DNA of 64,000 nt from an uncultured Acidobacteriota bacterium (GCA_963742265.1 CAVULC010000003.1:137143-201142), one strand, 5' to 3'; positions 49,978 to 61,629 are shown, numbered from the stretch's first letter. The notes: a model not told the origin generated them from the sequence alone. Made by a program: numbers and translations.

Positions 49978-51111
49978 TCAAGAAGTACGCGGCACTGAAG
50001 ACGCCGGAACCGACTGCTCGGGAAACGGGTGATCGCCGAGAACCGGCTTCTTGACACGATAGGCGCGCGCCACGGCGCCGTTCAGGAACTGCATCGGCAG
50101 GTGCAGCCGCATCCCCCATGACGTCTCGCTGTGCTCGGCCATCGGGAAGCACAGGTGCAGCAGGTTTCGGCCGTACTCCCATCCGCGCGAGATGAGCGCC
50201 ATCGCCATCCCAACGGTGACCTCGTAGTTGTCGCCGGGCCAGCCGCTATCGAGGTAGAAGCCCACGTCTCTGAACGGCTCCGCGAACACGCGGTCGATGA
50301 GATCGTCGCGATGCGAAAAGGTGCTGGACATACAGCAGGCGCTGCCGAACACGTCGGGATGCTGCCAGGCTGTGTAGAACGCGACGACGCCTCCGAGCGA
50401 GGAACCCCACACGGAGCGGTGCCGCCGATGCCGGCCTACGCGAATGCCGCGGCGCTCGACTTCGGGCACGACCTCCTCCACGAGCGACCGGGCGTACAAC
50501 TCGTACCCGGGCTTCGTGTACTCGGTCATCCGATCGCCGGAATAGACACCCAGGATGATGAAGTCCTCGACGGCGTTCATGGCGCGTAGAACATCGCCCG
50601 TCTTGTCGACGGCCCAATCCTGCCCGAGGAACGCCTCGGCCGGGAAGAACAGGTTCTGCCCGTCCTGCATGTACACGACCGGGAACTCGCTGAGCGTGTT
50701 CTCGTCGTACCCGGGCGGCAGATAGCCGCGGATCTTGTGGTCGCGGCCAAGGATTTTCGACGGGAGCTCCACGAGCGTGGAAAACCGCCCGACCTCGGGA
50801 CTGAAGAAGTACGGGTAGGCGATGCGCACGTCCGGCTCGGTCATGATAGCCAGCTTGTTGGGACCGCAGGCCCAGTGCGTCGACCCGCTCTCGACGAGAC
50901 ACGGCTTGAAGTACAAGAACGGCTGATCCGCTTCGAGCTCGAAGGTGGACACCGTGCCATCATCGCTGACCGCGACCGGGTCGAGATTCGCGTCCCAGTC
51001 CTTCTCCGTGCGAAGCACCATGCGCCCGCGTGCCGCGGGATAGGCGACCCGGAGAGTTCGCTTGAGCGTGCGCTCGGTCCTGTAGAGGCGTGTCTTCCGG
51101 GGAGTACTCAT
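49978..51111 (-). CDS. esterase (putative esterase / esterase D-like alpha/beta hydrolase)
   Basis: GGAAGGA immediately precedes ATG 51111. The nucleophile elbow is SVWGSSLGGVVAFYTAWQHPDVFGSACCMSS, and YLPPGYDENTLSEFPVVYMQDGQNLF is also present. Confidence 0.75.
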   Translation of the reverse strand: MSTPRKTRLYRTERTLKRTLRVAYPAARGRMVLRTEKDWDANLDPVAVSDDGTVSTFELEADQPFLYFKPCLVESGSTHWACGPNKLAIMTEPDVRIAYPYFFSPEVGRFSTLVELPSKILGRDHKIRGYLPPGYDENTLSEFPVVYMQDGQNLFFPAEAFLGQDWAVDKTGDVLRAMNAVEDFIILGVYSGDRMTEYTKPGYELYARSLVEEVVPEVERRGIRVGRHRRHRSVWGSSLGGVVAFYTAWQHPDVFGSACCMSSTFSHRDDLIDRVFAEPFRDVGFYLDSGWPGDNYEVTVGMAMALISRGWEYGRNLLHLCFPMAEHSETSWGMRLHLPMQFLNGAVARAYRVKKPVLGDHPFPEQSVPASSVPRTS

Positions 51112-51272
51112 TCCTTCCACAGCCTCTTGTTTACTCATACATCTCAGAGGCGTCAAGCAGGATCGGAGGGACCGCCGTCCCATCGACGAGGCATTTCGGT
51201 CCGTCTCGTAATTGCGAAGTCGGCCTTTGCGAGACGGCCGGTGTCGAGGGTCACCGCTGTCAAGCGAACATT

Positions 51273-51780
51273 GCGTGGAATCTGGAGCGAGATTCGGCTA
51301 GCCTGAGCCTCAGTTCGGGATTGGAACTTCGATCAGGAGGGACGACACATGTCTGAAGCCAACAAAGCATTAGCACGCCGACTCTGGGACGTCTGGCATG
51401 CGCGCGATTTGGACAAGTTGGGGGACCTCATCGCCGAACGTCACGTCAATCATGATCCAAACAACCCGGCTGATCTGGTTGGTGTCGAAGGCTACCGCGA
51501 GCTGATCACGCTCTATACGACGATGTTCTCAGACCTGCGATTCGACGTTCATGACATCGTCGCCGAAGGCGACATCGTATGCAGCCGCTGGACCAGTGTC
51601 GGAACTCACGACGGCGAGGTCCTCGGGATAACACCGACTGGCAACTTGTTGAAGCGAACCGGGGTGAGCTGGCAACGCATCGAGCGTGGCAAGTTCGTTG
51701 AAACGTGGGTCGAGCGTGACGGGCTGGGGTTGGCCAGAGATATCGGCGCGGTGCCGCCAGAGTAGGGTGCTGGGAGTCGT
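51273..51780. repeat. direct repeat, copy 1 (leader plus intact SnoaL-like gene)
   Basis: It matches 61888-62330 with about 9 substitutions seen by eye, apart from a 63-bp segment that is absent from copy 2. Confidence 0.85.
51349..51765 (+). CDS. SnoaL-like / ester-cyclase-family small protein
   Basis: 138 aa. An AGGAGGG sits 8 nt before the ATG. NKALARRLWDVWHARDLDKLGDLIAERHVNHDP...GKFVETWVERD fits the SnoaL-like fold pattern. Confidence 0.75.
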   Translation: MSEANKALARRLWDVWHARDLDKLGDLIAERHVNHDPNNPADLVGVEGYRELITLYTTMFSDLRFDVHDIVAEGDIVCSRWTSVGTHDGEVLGITPTGNLLKRTGVSWQRIERGKFVETWVERDGLGLARDIGAVPPE

Positions 51781-51857
51781 TCTGGCTCCCGACTAACGCC
51801 GAAGTGTGCCCCGCAGTTCCTGTCCAGGCCGGGTAGTAAGATACGGCCTCCGTTCAC

Positions 51858-54508
51858 ATGCCGCTTTCCTCCGGGTCAAAGCTCGGCGCCTACGAAGTGC
51901 TCTCGCCGCTCGGCACTGGGGGGATGGGCGAGGTGTATCGCGCCCGGGACACGCGGCTGGGTCGTGAAGTCGCCATCAAGGTGCTGCCGGCCGACTGGCT
52001 GCACGACGAGCAGCGTCGCCGTCGCTTTCGTCCGGGAAGCGCAGTCCGCCTCCGCACTCAATCATCCGCACATCATCACGATCTACGAGATCGAGTCGGA
52101 CGGCGCCATCGACTTCATCGTGATGGAGTACGTGCGCGGCACCAGTCTCGACGCGCTAATTCCGCGCAAGGGGCTGCGCCTGCCCGAGGTACTGCGCATC
52201 GCAACGTCCGTGGCCGACGCGCTGGCGGCCGCCCACGCAGGCGGCATCATTCATCGCGATCTCAAGCCCGCCAACGTGATGGTCGGCGAGAGTGGGGCCG
52301 TCAAGGTGCTCGATTTCGGCCTCGCGAAACTCGTGGCCGACGATTCGATCCCCGACGATGAAACCGTGACGCAGGGCGTCTCCGCCGGCCTGAGCGTGCC
52401 TGGCGCGATCATGGGCACCGCGGCGTACATGGCGCCCGAACAGGCGACGGGCGGCAAGGTCGACGCGCGCAGCGACATCTTCAGCTTCGGCGCCATGCTC
52501 TACGAGATGGCGACCGGCACGCGGGCGTTCGCCGGATCCTCGGTGGCCGATACCCTCGCCGCGGTGATTCGCGATCAGCCGACGCCGCCCACCCAGATCG
52601 CCGCCGGCGTGCCGCGCGAGCTCGAGCGCCTTATTCTGCGTTGCCTCCGCAAGGAGCCCGCGCGGCGCTATCAGTCGATGCTCGATGTGAAGAACGAGCT
52701 GCAGGAGATCAAGGACGAATCGGCCTCGGCCACCTTCACAGCAACGCCTGCAATACGCTTGCGTAAGCATCGAGGCCTCATGGTCGCCGCTGCGGCGTCG
52801 GCGGTGGTCCTCGTCGCCGCAGCCGCCTGGTACCTCCGGCAAGGCGCTTTGCCCGAGCTGCCGCCGATGCGCGTCATGCCACTCACGAGCCTGAATGGCG
52901 GGGAGCTATGGCCGACGCTGTCGCCTGACGGTGAACAGGTGGCGTTCTCGTGGGCCGGCGAGAGACAAGACTCCAGGCCCGGACGCGATACCTTCGACAT
53001 CTACCTCAAGTTGGTCGGCTCGTCGGACGTCCGGCAGCTCACGACGGATCCCGGACGCAACTGGGCGGGAGGTTGGTCACCCGACGGCCGGCAGATCGCA
53101 TACTTCCGAGACTTCCCTCGCGGCGCGATCTACCTCTTGTCGCCAGTCACCGGAACCCAGCGTAAACTCATCGACTTTCCGGTGACGTTTGGGCTCGCCT
53201 GGTCTCCTGACGGTCGCTGGCTCATCGTGGCGGGAGACGCGACGCCGCCAGACCGGGGAGGCATCTACGCGATCCCTGTGGACGGAGGAGCGCCCCGCCG
53301 TGTCGTGCAGTCCAAGTCCGCGCAAGTCCTCGTGTCCCCAGCGCTGGCGCCGGACGGCCATCATCTCGCTTATCTGGCTTGCGAGTTTGCGGGCAGCGGG
53401 CCGACCTGCGGCATCGACGTCGTGGAGCTCGACGAGCGTTGGCAGCCGGTCTCAGCGTCTCGTCGCCTGACGAACAAGGCCTACAACCTCGGCGGCGTCG
53501 CCTGGAGCCGGGATGGCACTTCGGTCATCTACACGATTCAACCGTTGCCGGAGACGTTCTACCTGTCGCGCGCCTGGATCACGGGCAACCGCGCGCCCGA
53601 GCGCCTCGACCTGGCGGGGCAAGGAGCGCGCATGCCGGCGATGGCGTCCGCCGGAAATCGTGTAGCGTTCGTCCGCACGCAGAATACCGTGGGCGTCTAC
53701 ACGCTCGGTCGCCGCGCCGCGTCCGGTGCTCGTCTCCTCCTTCTGGGACATCCAGCCGCAGTTCTCGCCCGACGGCAAACAACTCGTCTTCGCGTCGTCG
53801 CGTTCTGGCGAGGCCCTCGACGTCTGGCTCGCTGCGGCGGACGGGTCCAATGCGCACCAGTTGACGCATGGGCCCGGCAGCTGGCAGGGCTCACCCTCGT
53901 GGTCACCGGACGGTCGCCAGATTGCGTTCGATTCCAGGGGCGCCGACGACCACCAGAGCATCTGGACAATTGACGCCGAGGGCGGCGCCGCACGCCGGAT
54001 CACGAACGGTCCCGGGGACCAGCACACGCCGACATGGTCTCGAGACGGGGAGTGGATCTATTTTGCGTCCGACCAGGGACAGCGTCCCGATGTCTGGCGA
54101 GTGCGAGTGACGGGCGGATCGCCCGAGCGCGTCACGCGGGACGGCAGCGCCTTTTCAGCACTGGTGTCGATGGATGGCAGGGACCTGATCTACAAGCGGG
54201 AGTTTGGGGACTCCCCGCTGCTCGCCATGCCGCTCGCGGGAGGCCCGGTGCGTCAACTGCTGCCGTGCGTCTCGGCCGTGAACTTCACCGTCGGCCAGGC
54301 CGGCATCTACTACGCGGCATGCGGTTCTGGCACGGAGCGGTCGATTCACCTGCTCGACCGGGCTGGACGAGATCGGGAGCTCGGAAGAATTTCTGACATC
54401 TGGGCCCTCCGACTCAACCGCCTGGCCGTATCCCCCGATGGCAAGACCATACTGATCCAACAGCAGTCCGTCTCGAACGATTTGATGTTGATCGAGAACT
54501 TCCGGTGA
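51858..54508 (+). pseudogene. Ser/Thr protein kinase fused to PD40/TolB-like beta-propeller repeats, with two +1 frameshifts
   Basis: The kinase motifs are [26 protein letters not shown] and DFGLAKL. There is one TM helix, then repeated SPDGxxIAF/SWSRDG propeller motifs. The frame changes near nt 52026 and 53710. Confidence 0.85.
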
Positions 54509-54607
54509 TTTCGCCCCTCGGGACCGCCGCGTGACATACTCCGCATCGCGCTCACCGGCCAGTTGCGAATTCCGTCCCTGACACCCAGCCACTTACCCGC
54601 CAGACGC

Positions 54608-57286
54608 TCAGTCTCGTTGCATCAGCACAATATCGCTCGTCCAGTCGTGCTTGCCTAAGATCACCGCGCTGCCGTCCGGCGTCCAGGTCAGGCCGCGGAC
54701 TCGCGGGCCGACAGGAAGCTCCATTAGCAATGTATACGGTTGCTTTTGGTTCGGCTCGACCAGCCAGACGCGAGTCGGAAGGCTCACCGCTTGTTCGATC
54801 ACCGCGAGGCGACGGCCGTCGGGTGACCAGGCTGCCAGTCCGTTAGCGAATCCAAGGCCGGGCCGATTCGGCAGAGTCGAAAGTGCCTCGCGGCCGTCAC
54901 GATTGACGAACGCGATATTCGTGACGGCGCCAGCCTCAGTTCGCGTGATCGACATATAGGCAATCACATCGCCTGTCGGTGAGGTCACCGGATCCGACGC
55001 GAACTGCGGCGTCGGAATGCGCACGGGTTTGCCGCCGGTCGCCGCGATTTTCCACAGACCTGGTCCGTCGCCAATTCCCGCCGAATAGATAATCTCCTGA
55101 CCGTCATGGGACCACGTTGGTCCACCAACCACGTCAGCGTCGATGACTTTCCGAGGCGGTCCACCATCTGCTGCCACGATCCAGATCGCACGTCTCTGGT
55201 CGCGATCGGAGGCAAACGCAATTTGCCGGCCGTCGGGTGAATAGGCTGGCCTGTCGTCTTCCGCCGGTCCCGACGTGAGAGGCCGCGCGCCGGTGCCGTC
55301 CGGTCGCGACGCCCACAAATGACGATTGCCGTCGCGCGCGGAGCTGAAGACCAGGCGATCGCCTGCCGGCGATATCGTTGGGTCGAGGTCGCCTTGATAC
55401 CCGTCGGTCAGGTGGACGAGTGCCGCCGCGCCCGGCCTTGCGGCAACCTGGATGAGCGACTGGCGGAGTTCGAACAGCGTACACACAAGGGCGCTGCCGT
55501 CCCCCAGGACGTACGATTCCCCATATTCGCCAACGCCCATGTTGAGTGGCTGTCGAGCAGTGCCGTCCTGGCTGCGCCACCACAACCGCATTTCGGCGGT
55601 TCCCGGATTGGCCGAATAGATCAAGCCGCGACCGGCTTGTAGCGGCGCCGGAAACTGCGCTCGACGGACACCATCGACGACCGGTTCCGCCGAAGATCCA
55701 CCCGTGAGAGCGATCCGATAGATCGCCGAGTTCCCAAGATTGGAAATCGTGTTGAACGTTCGAAGAAAGTAGATGTAGCCGTCGAACCCCCATGCGGGCC
55801 AGTGCACGTGCATCCCGTTCTGTGGCTGGATCAACGTCCGGCGATTGCTGCCGTCGGCATTGGCAACGTAGAGCGCATCGCCGCTTGCCGATCCAGCACC
55901 CACGAACGCGATCTGACGTCCGTCGGGAGACCATCGCATGGCCAGTTGCCCTGCATCGAGAAGCTTGTGCGGTAATCCGGGGAGCGGAGCGGGCAGTGTC
56001 CAGGTCGCAAACCTGTCGCTGCTGCCGCGCGCTCTCGCCGGCACGGCGATTTGCGTGCCGTCTGGAGAAATGCCAAGTCCGCCAATCCCCGTGGCAATGC
56101 CGATTTCGAGATCGCCCGCCGCCGTCAGATTGACCGGCTCACCGCCGGCGATGAACTTGACCCAGACGTTGGTGGTGCCGCCCGCGTCCGAGATGTAGGC
56201 GACCCATTTCCCGTCCGGTGAGAGAGCCGCGGCACCCTCGCGGTCGGCGCCTGTCGTCAGCCGCACGACATGCGAAAACGACGGCGCTGCGGGCCCCCGT
56301 CCGCGCGGCAACGTCAACGCCGCGGCGGCCACGATCACCACCACCGCCAACAGTGCGATGCCGGCCAACTGCAGGTTGGAAATGGATCGTCGCACTGTAG
56401 GGCCATCCTCCGAACCCGCGTCCTGCAACTCCAACCGCGCGTCGGCAGCGTCCCGCAGCCGGTGGCGAGGATCTTTTTCCAGGCAGCGTTTCAGCAATCG
56501 GCGCACGGATGCGGGCGTCGAAGCCGGCAAGCGCGACCAGTCAACCTCGCGTTCGAGGACGGCGGCGATCGTTTCGGTGGTCGTGGTGCGCGCGAAGATG
56601 GTGAGCCCTGTGAGCAGTTCGTAGAGAACACACCCAAACGCCCAGATGTCGGTGCGGCGATCCACCGTGCGGCCCCTGGCCTGCTCCGGCGACATGTAAG
56701 CTGCGGTGCCGAGGATCATGCCCACCTGCGTCATCGCAGGCGTCGTGATGGTCGGCGAATTGTTTACGTCCGCAGTCCACCGTTCGCGTTCCTCTGATCC
56801 GGATCCCTGGGCCATCGCTTTGGCCAATCCGAAGTCGAGCACCTTCACGCTGCCATCCGGTCGCACTTTGATATTCGCCGGCTTGAGATCACGATGGACG
56901 ATGCCTCGCTCGTGCGCCGATTCGAGCGCGTCGGCAATCTGCCGGGCAATTGCGAGCGCCTCGTCGATGGGAATCCTTCCACGGGCGAGACGCTCCGCGA
57001 GGTTGTCACCCTCCACCAGCTCCATCACAAGCGCGGTCGCGCTGCCGTACTCTTCGAGACCGTGGACGGCTGCGATGTTTGGGTGGTTCAGCGACGCGAG
57101 GACTTCCGCTTCGCGCTGAAAACGCGCGAGCCGGTCGCGGTCCGTCGCGAGTGCGGCTGGCAGAATTTTGATGGCGACGTGGCGCTTGAGCCTGGTGTCG
57201 GTCGCGCGGTAGACCTCACCCATCCCGCCGGCGCCGATGGCGGAGACCACCTCGTAGGGCCCGAGACGTGTGCCGGGAGTTAGCAC
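54608..57286 (-). CDS. Ser/Thr protein kinase fused to PD40/TolB-like beta-propeller repeats (intact)
   Basis: The kinase motifs are [26 protein letters not shown] and DFGLAKA. A TM helix (LAGIALLAVVVIVAAAAL) is followed by repeated SPDGxxIAF motifs. Confidence 0.9.
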   Translation of the reverse strand: MLTPGTRLGPYEVVSAIGAGGMGEVYRATDTRLKRHVAIKILPAALATDRDRLARFQREAEVLASLNHPNIAAVHGLEEYGSATALVMELVEGDNLAERLARGRIPIDEALAIARQIADALESAHERGIVHRDLKPANIKVRPDGSVKVLDFGLAKAMAQGSGSEERERWTADVNNSPTITTPAMTQVGMILGTAAYMSPEQARGRTVDRRTDIWAFGCVLYELLTGLTIFARTTTTETIAAVLEREVDWSRLPASTPASVRRLLKRCLEKDPRHRLRDAADARLELQDAGSEDGPTVRRSISNLQLAGIALLAVVVIVAAAALTLPRGRGPAAPSFSHVVRLTTGADREGAAALSPDGKWVAYISDAGGTTNVWVKFIAGGEPVNLTAAGDLEIGIATGIGGLGISPDGTQIAVPARARGSSDRFATWTLPAPLPGLPHKLLDAGQLAMRWSPDGRQIAFVGAGSASGDALYVANADGSNRRTLIQPQNGMHVHWPAWGFDGYIYFLRTFNTISNLGNSAIYRIALTGGSSAEPVVDGVRRAQFPAPLQAGRGLIYSANPGTAEMRLWWRSQDGTARQPLNMGVGEYGESYVLGDGSALVCTLFELRQSLIQVAARPGAAALVHLTDGYQGDLDPTISPAGDRLVFSSARDGNRHLWASRPDGTGARPLTSGPAEDDRPAYSPDGRQIAFASDRDQRRAIWIVAADGGPPRKVIDADVVGGPTWSHDGQEIIYSAGIGDGPGLWKIAATGGKPVRIPTPQFASDPVTSPTGDVIAYMSITRTEAGAVTNIAFVNRDGREALSTLPNRPGLGFANGLAAWSPDGRRLAVIEQAVSLPTRVWLVEPNQKQPYTLLMELPVGPRVRGLTWTPDGSAVILGKHDWTSDIVLMQRD

Positions 57287-57569
57287 CGCGGTCGCGATTA
57301 TAGGTTAGCGGTGGTATCGCCGCGTGATCCGGTGGATCGCCGACGGCTTGGCGAGTGGGCTCTGGATTAGTTGGATCGATGGATACGTTAGCCCCCTAGG
57401 GGAATCGCAAGCTCAGTGCGTGCGTTTTCTGGAAGAGATCATCATGCCCATGGCACAACCGCGCAGCGCGATTCGCTTCGCTCATCGCGACTTAGGCGCC
57501 GAATCCCCCCTCCCAGCCAAATTGTCAGAATTGCCAGTTTTGAACTCAACGCCGCGACGAACAACGGGT

Positions 57570-58784
57570 TCACGCCACGTGCGCACGGCTAGCCTCCAGA
57601 GAGCGCGAAGATGGGTCGACCACAACCGCGCGATGAGCGCGTCGCTTGCCAATCGTGCGAACGATGAATGCGGCGTCTCGGCCGACACCGTGGATCATCG
57701 TCGACGAAACTGAGTGCTGAAAGTGCTGGCCGACGAAATAGAGACCCGGCTCGCCGTCGACGAGGCCGCTGGTCTGGCGCGGTTCGCCGTTCTCCTCGAA
57801 AATCGGCAGATCGATCCATGACAGCCCGAGGTCGTAACCCGTGCACCAGATGACGTTGGGCACATCGAGGCTGCGGCCGTTGGCCAGCTGCGGGCGTCCG
57901 TCCTTCACGCCGGTGACTTTGTCGACCCAACGCACGCCCACGCTGTCCAGCTCGGTGCGCCGCTGACGGATCCGCGGCAAGCCGGCGCTGATCATCTTCC
58001 CTCGCACCTTGCGTCCCATCGGCGTTCCGACCGTGAGGATGCGGTGAAACACCACGCGGAAGAGCATCGGCAGCACGACGCGCTGGACCCAGAAGTTCTT
58101 GATGTTGAATGGCATCGAGCCGACGTCGCGGCCCGCAATCCACGTCGGATGCGTCGGCGCAGTCTCCATGGCGATTTCCGCGCCCGAGTTGGCGGTGCCC
58201 ACGATCAGCACGCCCCCGGGCCTCAGCTGCGACAGCGACTTGTACTCGCAGGAGTGGAGCTGGACGATCTCGGGCGACAGCTCTTTGGCGAACGCTGGGA
58301 CCTTTCGTCCTTGATAGCTGGCCATTGCCACCACCACGTGGTCTGCCTCGAAGTGATGCGAGCCGGCGTCCACGAGATACCGGTTGTCTTCGCGCCAGAG
58401 CCGATTGACGCGCACGCCGTGCAGAACCGGCAATTGATAATGCGCGGCATAAGACTCGAGGTAGTCGGCCATCTCGTCCTTGGTCGGGTATGCATACCGC
58501 GGCCCGGGAAACGGCATGCCATCGAGGCCGTTGAAGCGGTTCGGCGTGAACAGACGGAGCGAGTCCCACCGTTGCCGCCAGGAATCGCCGATGCGCGTGT
58601 TCGCGTCGATGACGATGAATTCGAGGCCGAGTTTCTTCAGGTGGTAGCCGACCGACAGGCCGGCCTGACCCGCGCCGATGACGATCACGCCGATGCGCTT
58701 CCGCTGCGTGGTCTCGCGCAGTCTGTTGAACGCCTCGCCTTCCTCGATCAAGCCCTCGATCTGCGGTGTCATTGGCCCCTCCAT
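57570..58784 (-). CDS. flavin-dependent monooxygenase / NAD(P)-binding oxidoreductase (FMO/CzcO-like)
   Basis: Two dinucleotide-binding motifs are present: IGVIVIGAGQAGLSVG and VLIVGTANSGAEIA. The start may be the second ATG (MTPQIEG). Confidence 0.8.
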   Translation of the reverse strand: MEGPMTPQIEGLIEEGEAFNRLRETTQRKRIGVIVIGAGQAGLSVGYHLKKLGLEFIVIDANTRIGDSWRQRWDSLRLFTPNRFNGLDGMPFPGPRYAYPTKDEMADYLESYAAHYQLPVLHGVRVNRLWREDNRYLVDAGSHHFEADHVVVAMASYQGRKVPAFAKELSPEIVQLHSCEYKSLSQLRPGGVLIVGTANSGAEIAMETAPTHPTWIAGRDVGSMPFNIKNFWVQRVVLPMLFRVVFHRILTVGTPMGRKVRGKMISAGLPRIRQRRTELDSVGVRWVDKVTGVKDGRPQLANGRSLDVPNVIWCTGYDLGLSWIDLPIFEENGEPRQTSGLVDGEPGLYFVGQHFQHSVSSTMIHGVGRDAAFIVRTIGKRRAHRAVVVDPSSRSLEASRAHVA

Positions 58785-58911
58785 TCCCGGCCTCCGCGCC
58801 GTCCACGTCGACCACGTTGCCGAGGGTCAGAGCTTATCGAGGGTACACAGGTCCTGACTTCGGGAAGACCACCCAATTTGGCGAGGAATCAGAAATGGGT
58901 AGTTCTACCCA

Positions 58912-60570
58912 CTACCCGACAAGATGGTGCCGATAGGCCCAGGCGGTCGCAGCCGCGCGCGAGGAGACGTTCAGCTTGCCGAAGATATTGCTGACGTGGC
59001 GATCGACGGTCTTCTCGCTGAGGAAGAGCTCGCCGGCAATGGCCTTATTGGTCTTGCCCGACGCAACGAGGCGGAGCACCTCGAGCTCTCGCGCGCTCAG
59101 CCCGTGCGTGTCAAGTGGGGATCCGGCGGTCGTGGTCGTCGCAGGCGTGGCCATCGCATCGGCCGCGCGCACGTCGGGTGCCGCGCCAAGTTGGACGAAC
59201 ACCTTTCTCGCGGCGTCGAGCTCGAGGGCTGCGCCGTCCTCGTCGCCGAGCGCGCGAAACGCGCGCGCCAACAGTAGTCGAATGCGGGCGCTCAAATACG
59301 GCGCCCCGACACGCTGCCAGACCTCGTGCGCGCGGCGCAGCGCGTGAATCGCGCCGCGGGCGTCGCCGTCCGCCAGCGCGACCGCGCCCTTCGCGTGTTG
59401 CGCCATCGCGCTCAGCACGTCCATGCCGTACCGATCGGCGAGCGCGCCCAGTTCTTCAGCCGCCGCGCGCGCCTCGCCAATCTCCGATGCTGCCAGCAGA
59501 ATCTCGACATGCGCCGGGAGGAACCGCGTGCGCTGCAACGGATCGGTGGTCACAGACATCACACGACGGGTGGCGGCCGCCGCCAGATCGACGCGATCCT
59601 GCGCGACGCGAAGCAGTGCCAACCCCGGGTGTGGATCGCGTCCGCTCTCGCTCGCCAGCCTGTAGGCGTGCTCGGCGTCCGCCAGTTCTCCACGCAGCCG
59701 GTGAATTTCGCCCTCCTGGTAGCAGGCGCTGCCGGCGGCATCGGCTCTCGATTGACCGAACCGCGTGAGCACGCGATGCGCCTCTTCGAACGCGTCTGAC
59801 CAGGCGCCGCTGAACTGCATGACTTCGGATCGATGGACGAGGCACGCGCCCGCGAACGGCACCAGTTGCGGCTGAGCGTCGCACCATGCGCTGAGCCCTG
59901 CGGTCCATTCGCGCGCGCGGTCGAGCGCGTGACTCCGCTGGCAGGCCGAGATCGCTTCGCAGTAGACCAGACCGGTGACGACCGGCAGGACGCTGTCGCT
60001 CGACACGGCCACCATCGCCTCGTCGAGCATCGGTAAGCCCTCAGACAGCCGGCCTTGCCGGATCAATGCGCTGCCCGTGTAGGCGCGAGCGAGGGCACCG
60101 AGGTCGCGGTCGTGATGACGATCCGCAATCTCGATCGCCTCCGCCGCCGCTGCGCCCGCGCCTCCATGGTCGCCGGCGAGTGAGAAGCGGAACGCCAGCG
60201 GGAGGCGCATATAGCCGCACTCGACACAATCGGGGTTGCCTTCGACCAGGTGCTGCGCGCGCGCCAGCCAGCCTCCGCCCCGCGCCGTCTGGCCCAGTGA
60301 CATCAGCCGCATGCCGAGCCAGAACGCCGTCCGCGCGGCACGCAGTCTTTCGCCCGACGCGAGCCTGATTTCATAAAGGCGCTCGAAGGCGTCGAAGGAA
60401 GCATCGGTCCGGCCGCTCAGCATCGCAGACCAGGCGAGCCGCTCGGCATCGTCGGCGTCGAGCGGACCCGTTGCGCTCGCCTGCGTCAGCGCATCGAAGG
60501 CCTCCGCCCATGCTCGTCGTGCATAGGCGTCGCGGCCGATCGAGATCGAGGCGTGAGAAGGCGCGGTCAC
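58912..60570 (-). CDS. LuxR-family transcriptional regulator with a long helical-repeat (TPR/MalT-C-like) N-region and no NTPase or receiver domain
   Basis: The C-terminal HTH reads [43 protein letters not shown]. Confidence 0.85.
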   Translation of the reverse strand: MTAPSHASISIGRDAYARRAWAEAFDALTQASATGPLDADDAERLAWSAMLSGRTDASFDAFERLYEIRLASGERLRAARTAFWLGMRLMSLGQTARGGGWLARAQHLVEGNPDCVECGYMRLPLAFRFSLAGDHGGAGAAAAEAIEIADRHHDRDLGALARAYTGSALIRQGRLSEGLPMLDEAMVAVSSDSVLPVVTGLVYCEAISACQRSHALDRAREWTAGLSAWCDAQPQLVPFAGACLVHRSEVMQFSGAWSDAFEEAHRVLTRFGQSRADAAGSACYQEGEIHRLRGELADAEHAYRLASESGRDPHPGLALLRVAQDRVDLAAAATRRVMSVTTDPLQRTRFLPAHVEILLAASEIGEARAAAEELGALADRYGMDVLSAMAQHAKGAVALADGDARGAIHALRRAHEVWQRVGAPYLSARIRLLLARAFRALGDEDGAALELDAARKVFVQLGAAPDVRAADAMATPATTTTAGSPLDTHGLSARELEVLRLVASGKTNKAIAGELFLSEKTVDRHVSNIFGKLNVSSRAAATAWAYRHHLVG

Positions 60571-60849
60571 TACGAATCAATTATCCGCGAACGAGGGCGT
60601 GCGGACCCACTTCCTGCGCAGCCTGATCAGCAGATGCACAGCTGAGGAGCGCGTGTACCAGCCGACCCCGCCGATCCTCGCCAGCCACGTCCGGTCCAGG
60701 GCGGAAGAGCGGGCCTCCCGGCCACAACCTTTCTGCGTTGTTGTCAGCTATGTGCGTCGTGGGGTGATTTCATTATCGAACTCGCGCCCTTCCGATGGAA
60801 TTGGTCAGCGCTCTGCCGTCCACATCTGAGTCAGACCGTTGCCGAATGC

Positions 60850-61629
60850 TCAAATCACACGGACACTTGAGCCACGGCGACTAGTCGATCCGTCGCGTCC
60901 GAGTGAACCGCGGGATCGTAGGCGCCGAAGTACAGCCACGGAACCAAAACCGCCCCGTTCAAAGACCGACTCGAGTTCGGTTTTCGTCCAACATCGCATC
61001 ACGAAGTGATAGTCGCTCGAATGTTCTCCGGCATCGTTGACCAGGGTGTGCGTTTCGGACAGAAGAAGCAGCTGGCGCTCCGGATCGAGTTCGGTGGTGC
61101 TCGTGAACGTGAGCGTGCCTCGGTCCGTAACAACGCTCTTTCGAAAAACGGGCTCGCGCTGCTTACGGTCCCTCGTCGCCGCCCATTCGCGAACGTCCAG
61201 AATCAGGACGCCTGAAGGTCGAAGGGCGCCCGCGAACGCGGCAAATACCGACTGGCGTGCGTCGTCGTTCACGAAGTCGTTGAGAACGCCACGGCACAGA
61301 ATGCCGTCGTACTTCGCCACGGGTAGAGCGAGGAGGTCCCCTACGCGAAATGAGACGGAATTGCCGTGACCGCGGACGGACTGCCTGGCAGTCTCGATCA
61401 GTTCGGACGACCGGTCTACGCCTTCAACGGCATAACCTCGGCGCGCGAGTTCGCCAGCATATCGGCCCGTTCCGCAGCCGGCATCAAGAAGCGTTGCGCC
61501 CGGAACGACGCCTCGCTCACTGAACCAGGCAGTGATCGCGGCGCACTCCTGACTGACAGGCCGGTCGATCAGCAGATCGAACGCCCACGCGTATTCACTG
61601 TAAAAAGGGCGGCTGGATTGCCCGGCCAT
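60850..61629 (-). CDS. class I SAM-dependent methyltransferase; the last ~25 codons look frameshifted near nt 60935
   Basis: Motif I is LLDAGCGTGRYAGEL. The expected tail, FGAYDPAVHSDATDRLVAVAQ, is in another frame and ends at 60855. Confidence 0.85.
   Translation of the reverse strand: MAGQSSRPFYSEYAWAFDLLIDRPVSQECAAITAWFSERGVVPGATLLDAGCGTGRYAGELARRGYAVEGVDRSSELIETARQSVRGHGNSVSFRVGDLLALPVAKYDGILCRGVLNDFVNDDARQSVFAAFAGALRPSGVLILDVREWAATRDRKQREPVFRKSVVTDRGTLTFTSTTELDPERQLLLLSETHTLVNDAGEHSSDYHFVMRCWTKTELESVFERGGFGSVAVLRRLRSRGSLGRDGSTSRRGSSVRVI

Noticed and set aside
57324-57713. A 129-aa plus-strand ORF in the spacer between the kinase and monooxygenase genes.
   Set aside because: It has no RBS and no recognisable domain, and it overlaps the 3' end of the monooxygenase on the opposite strand. 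Its composition is atypical for coding sequence in this genome.
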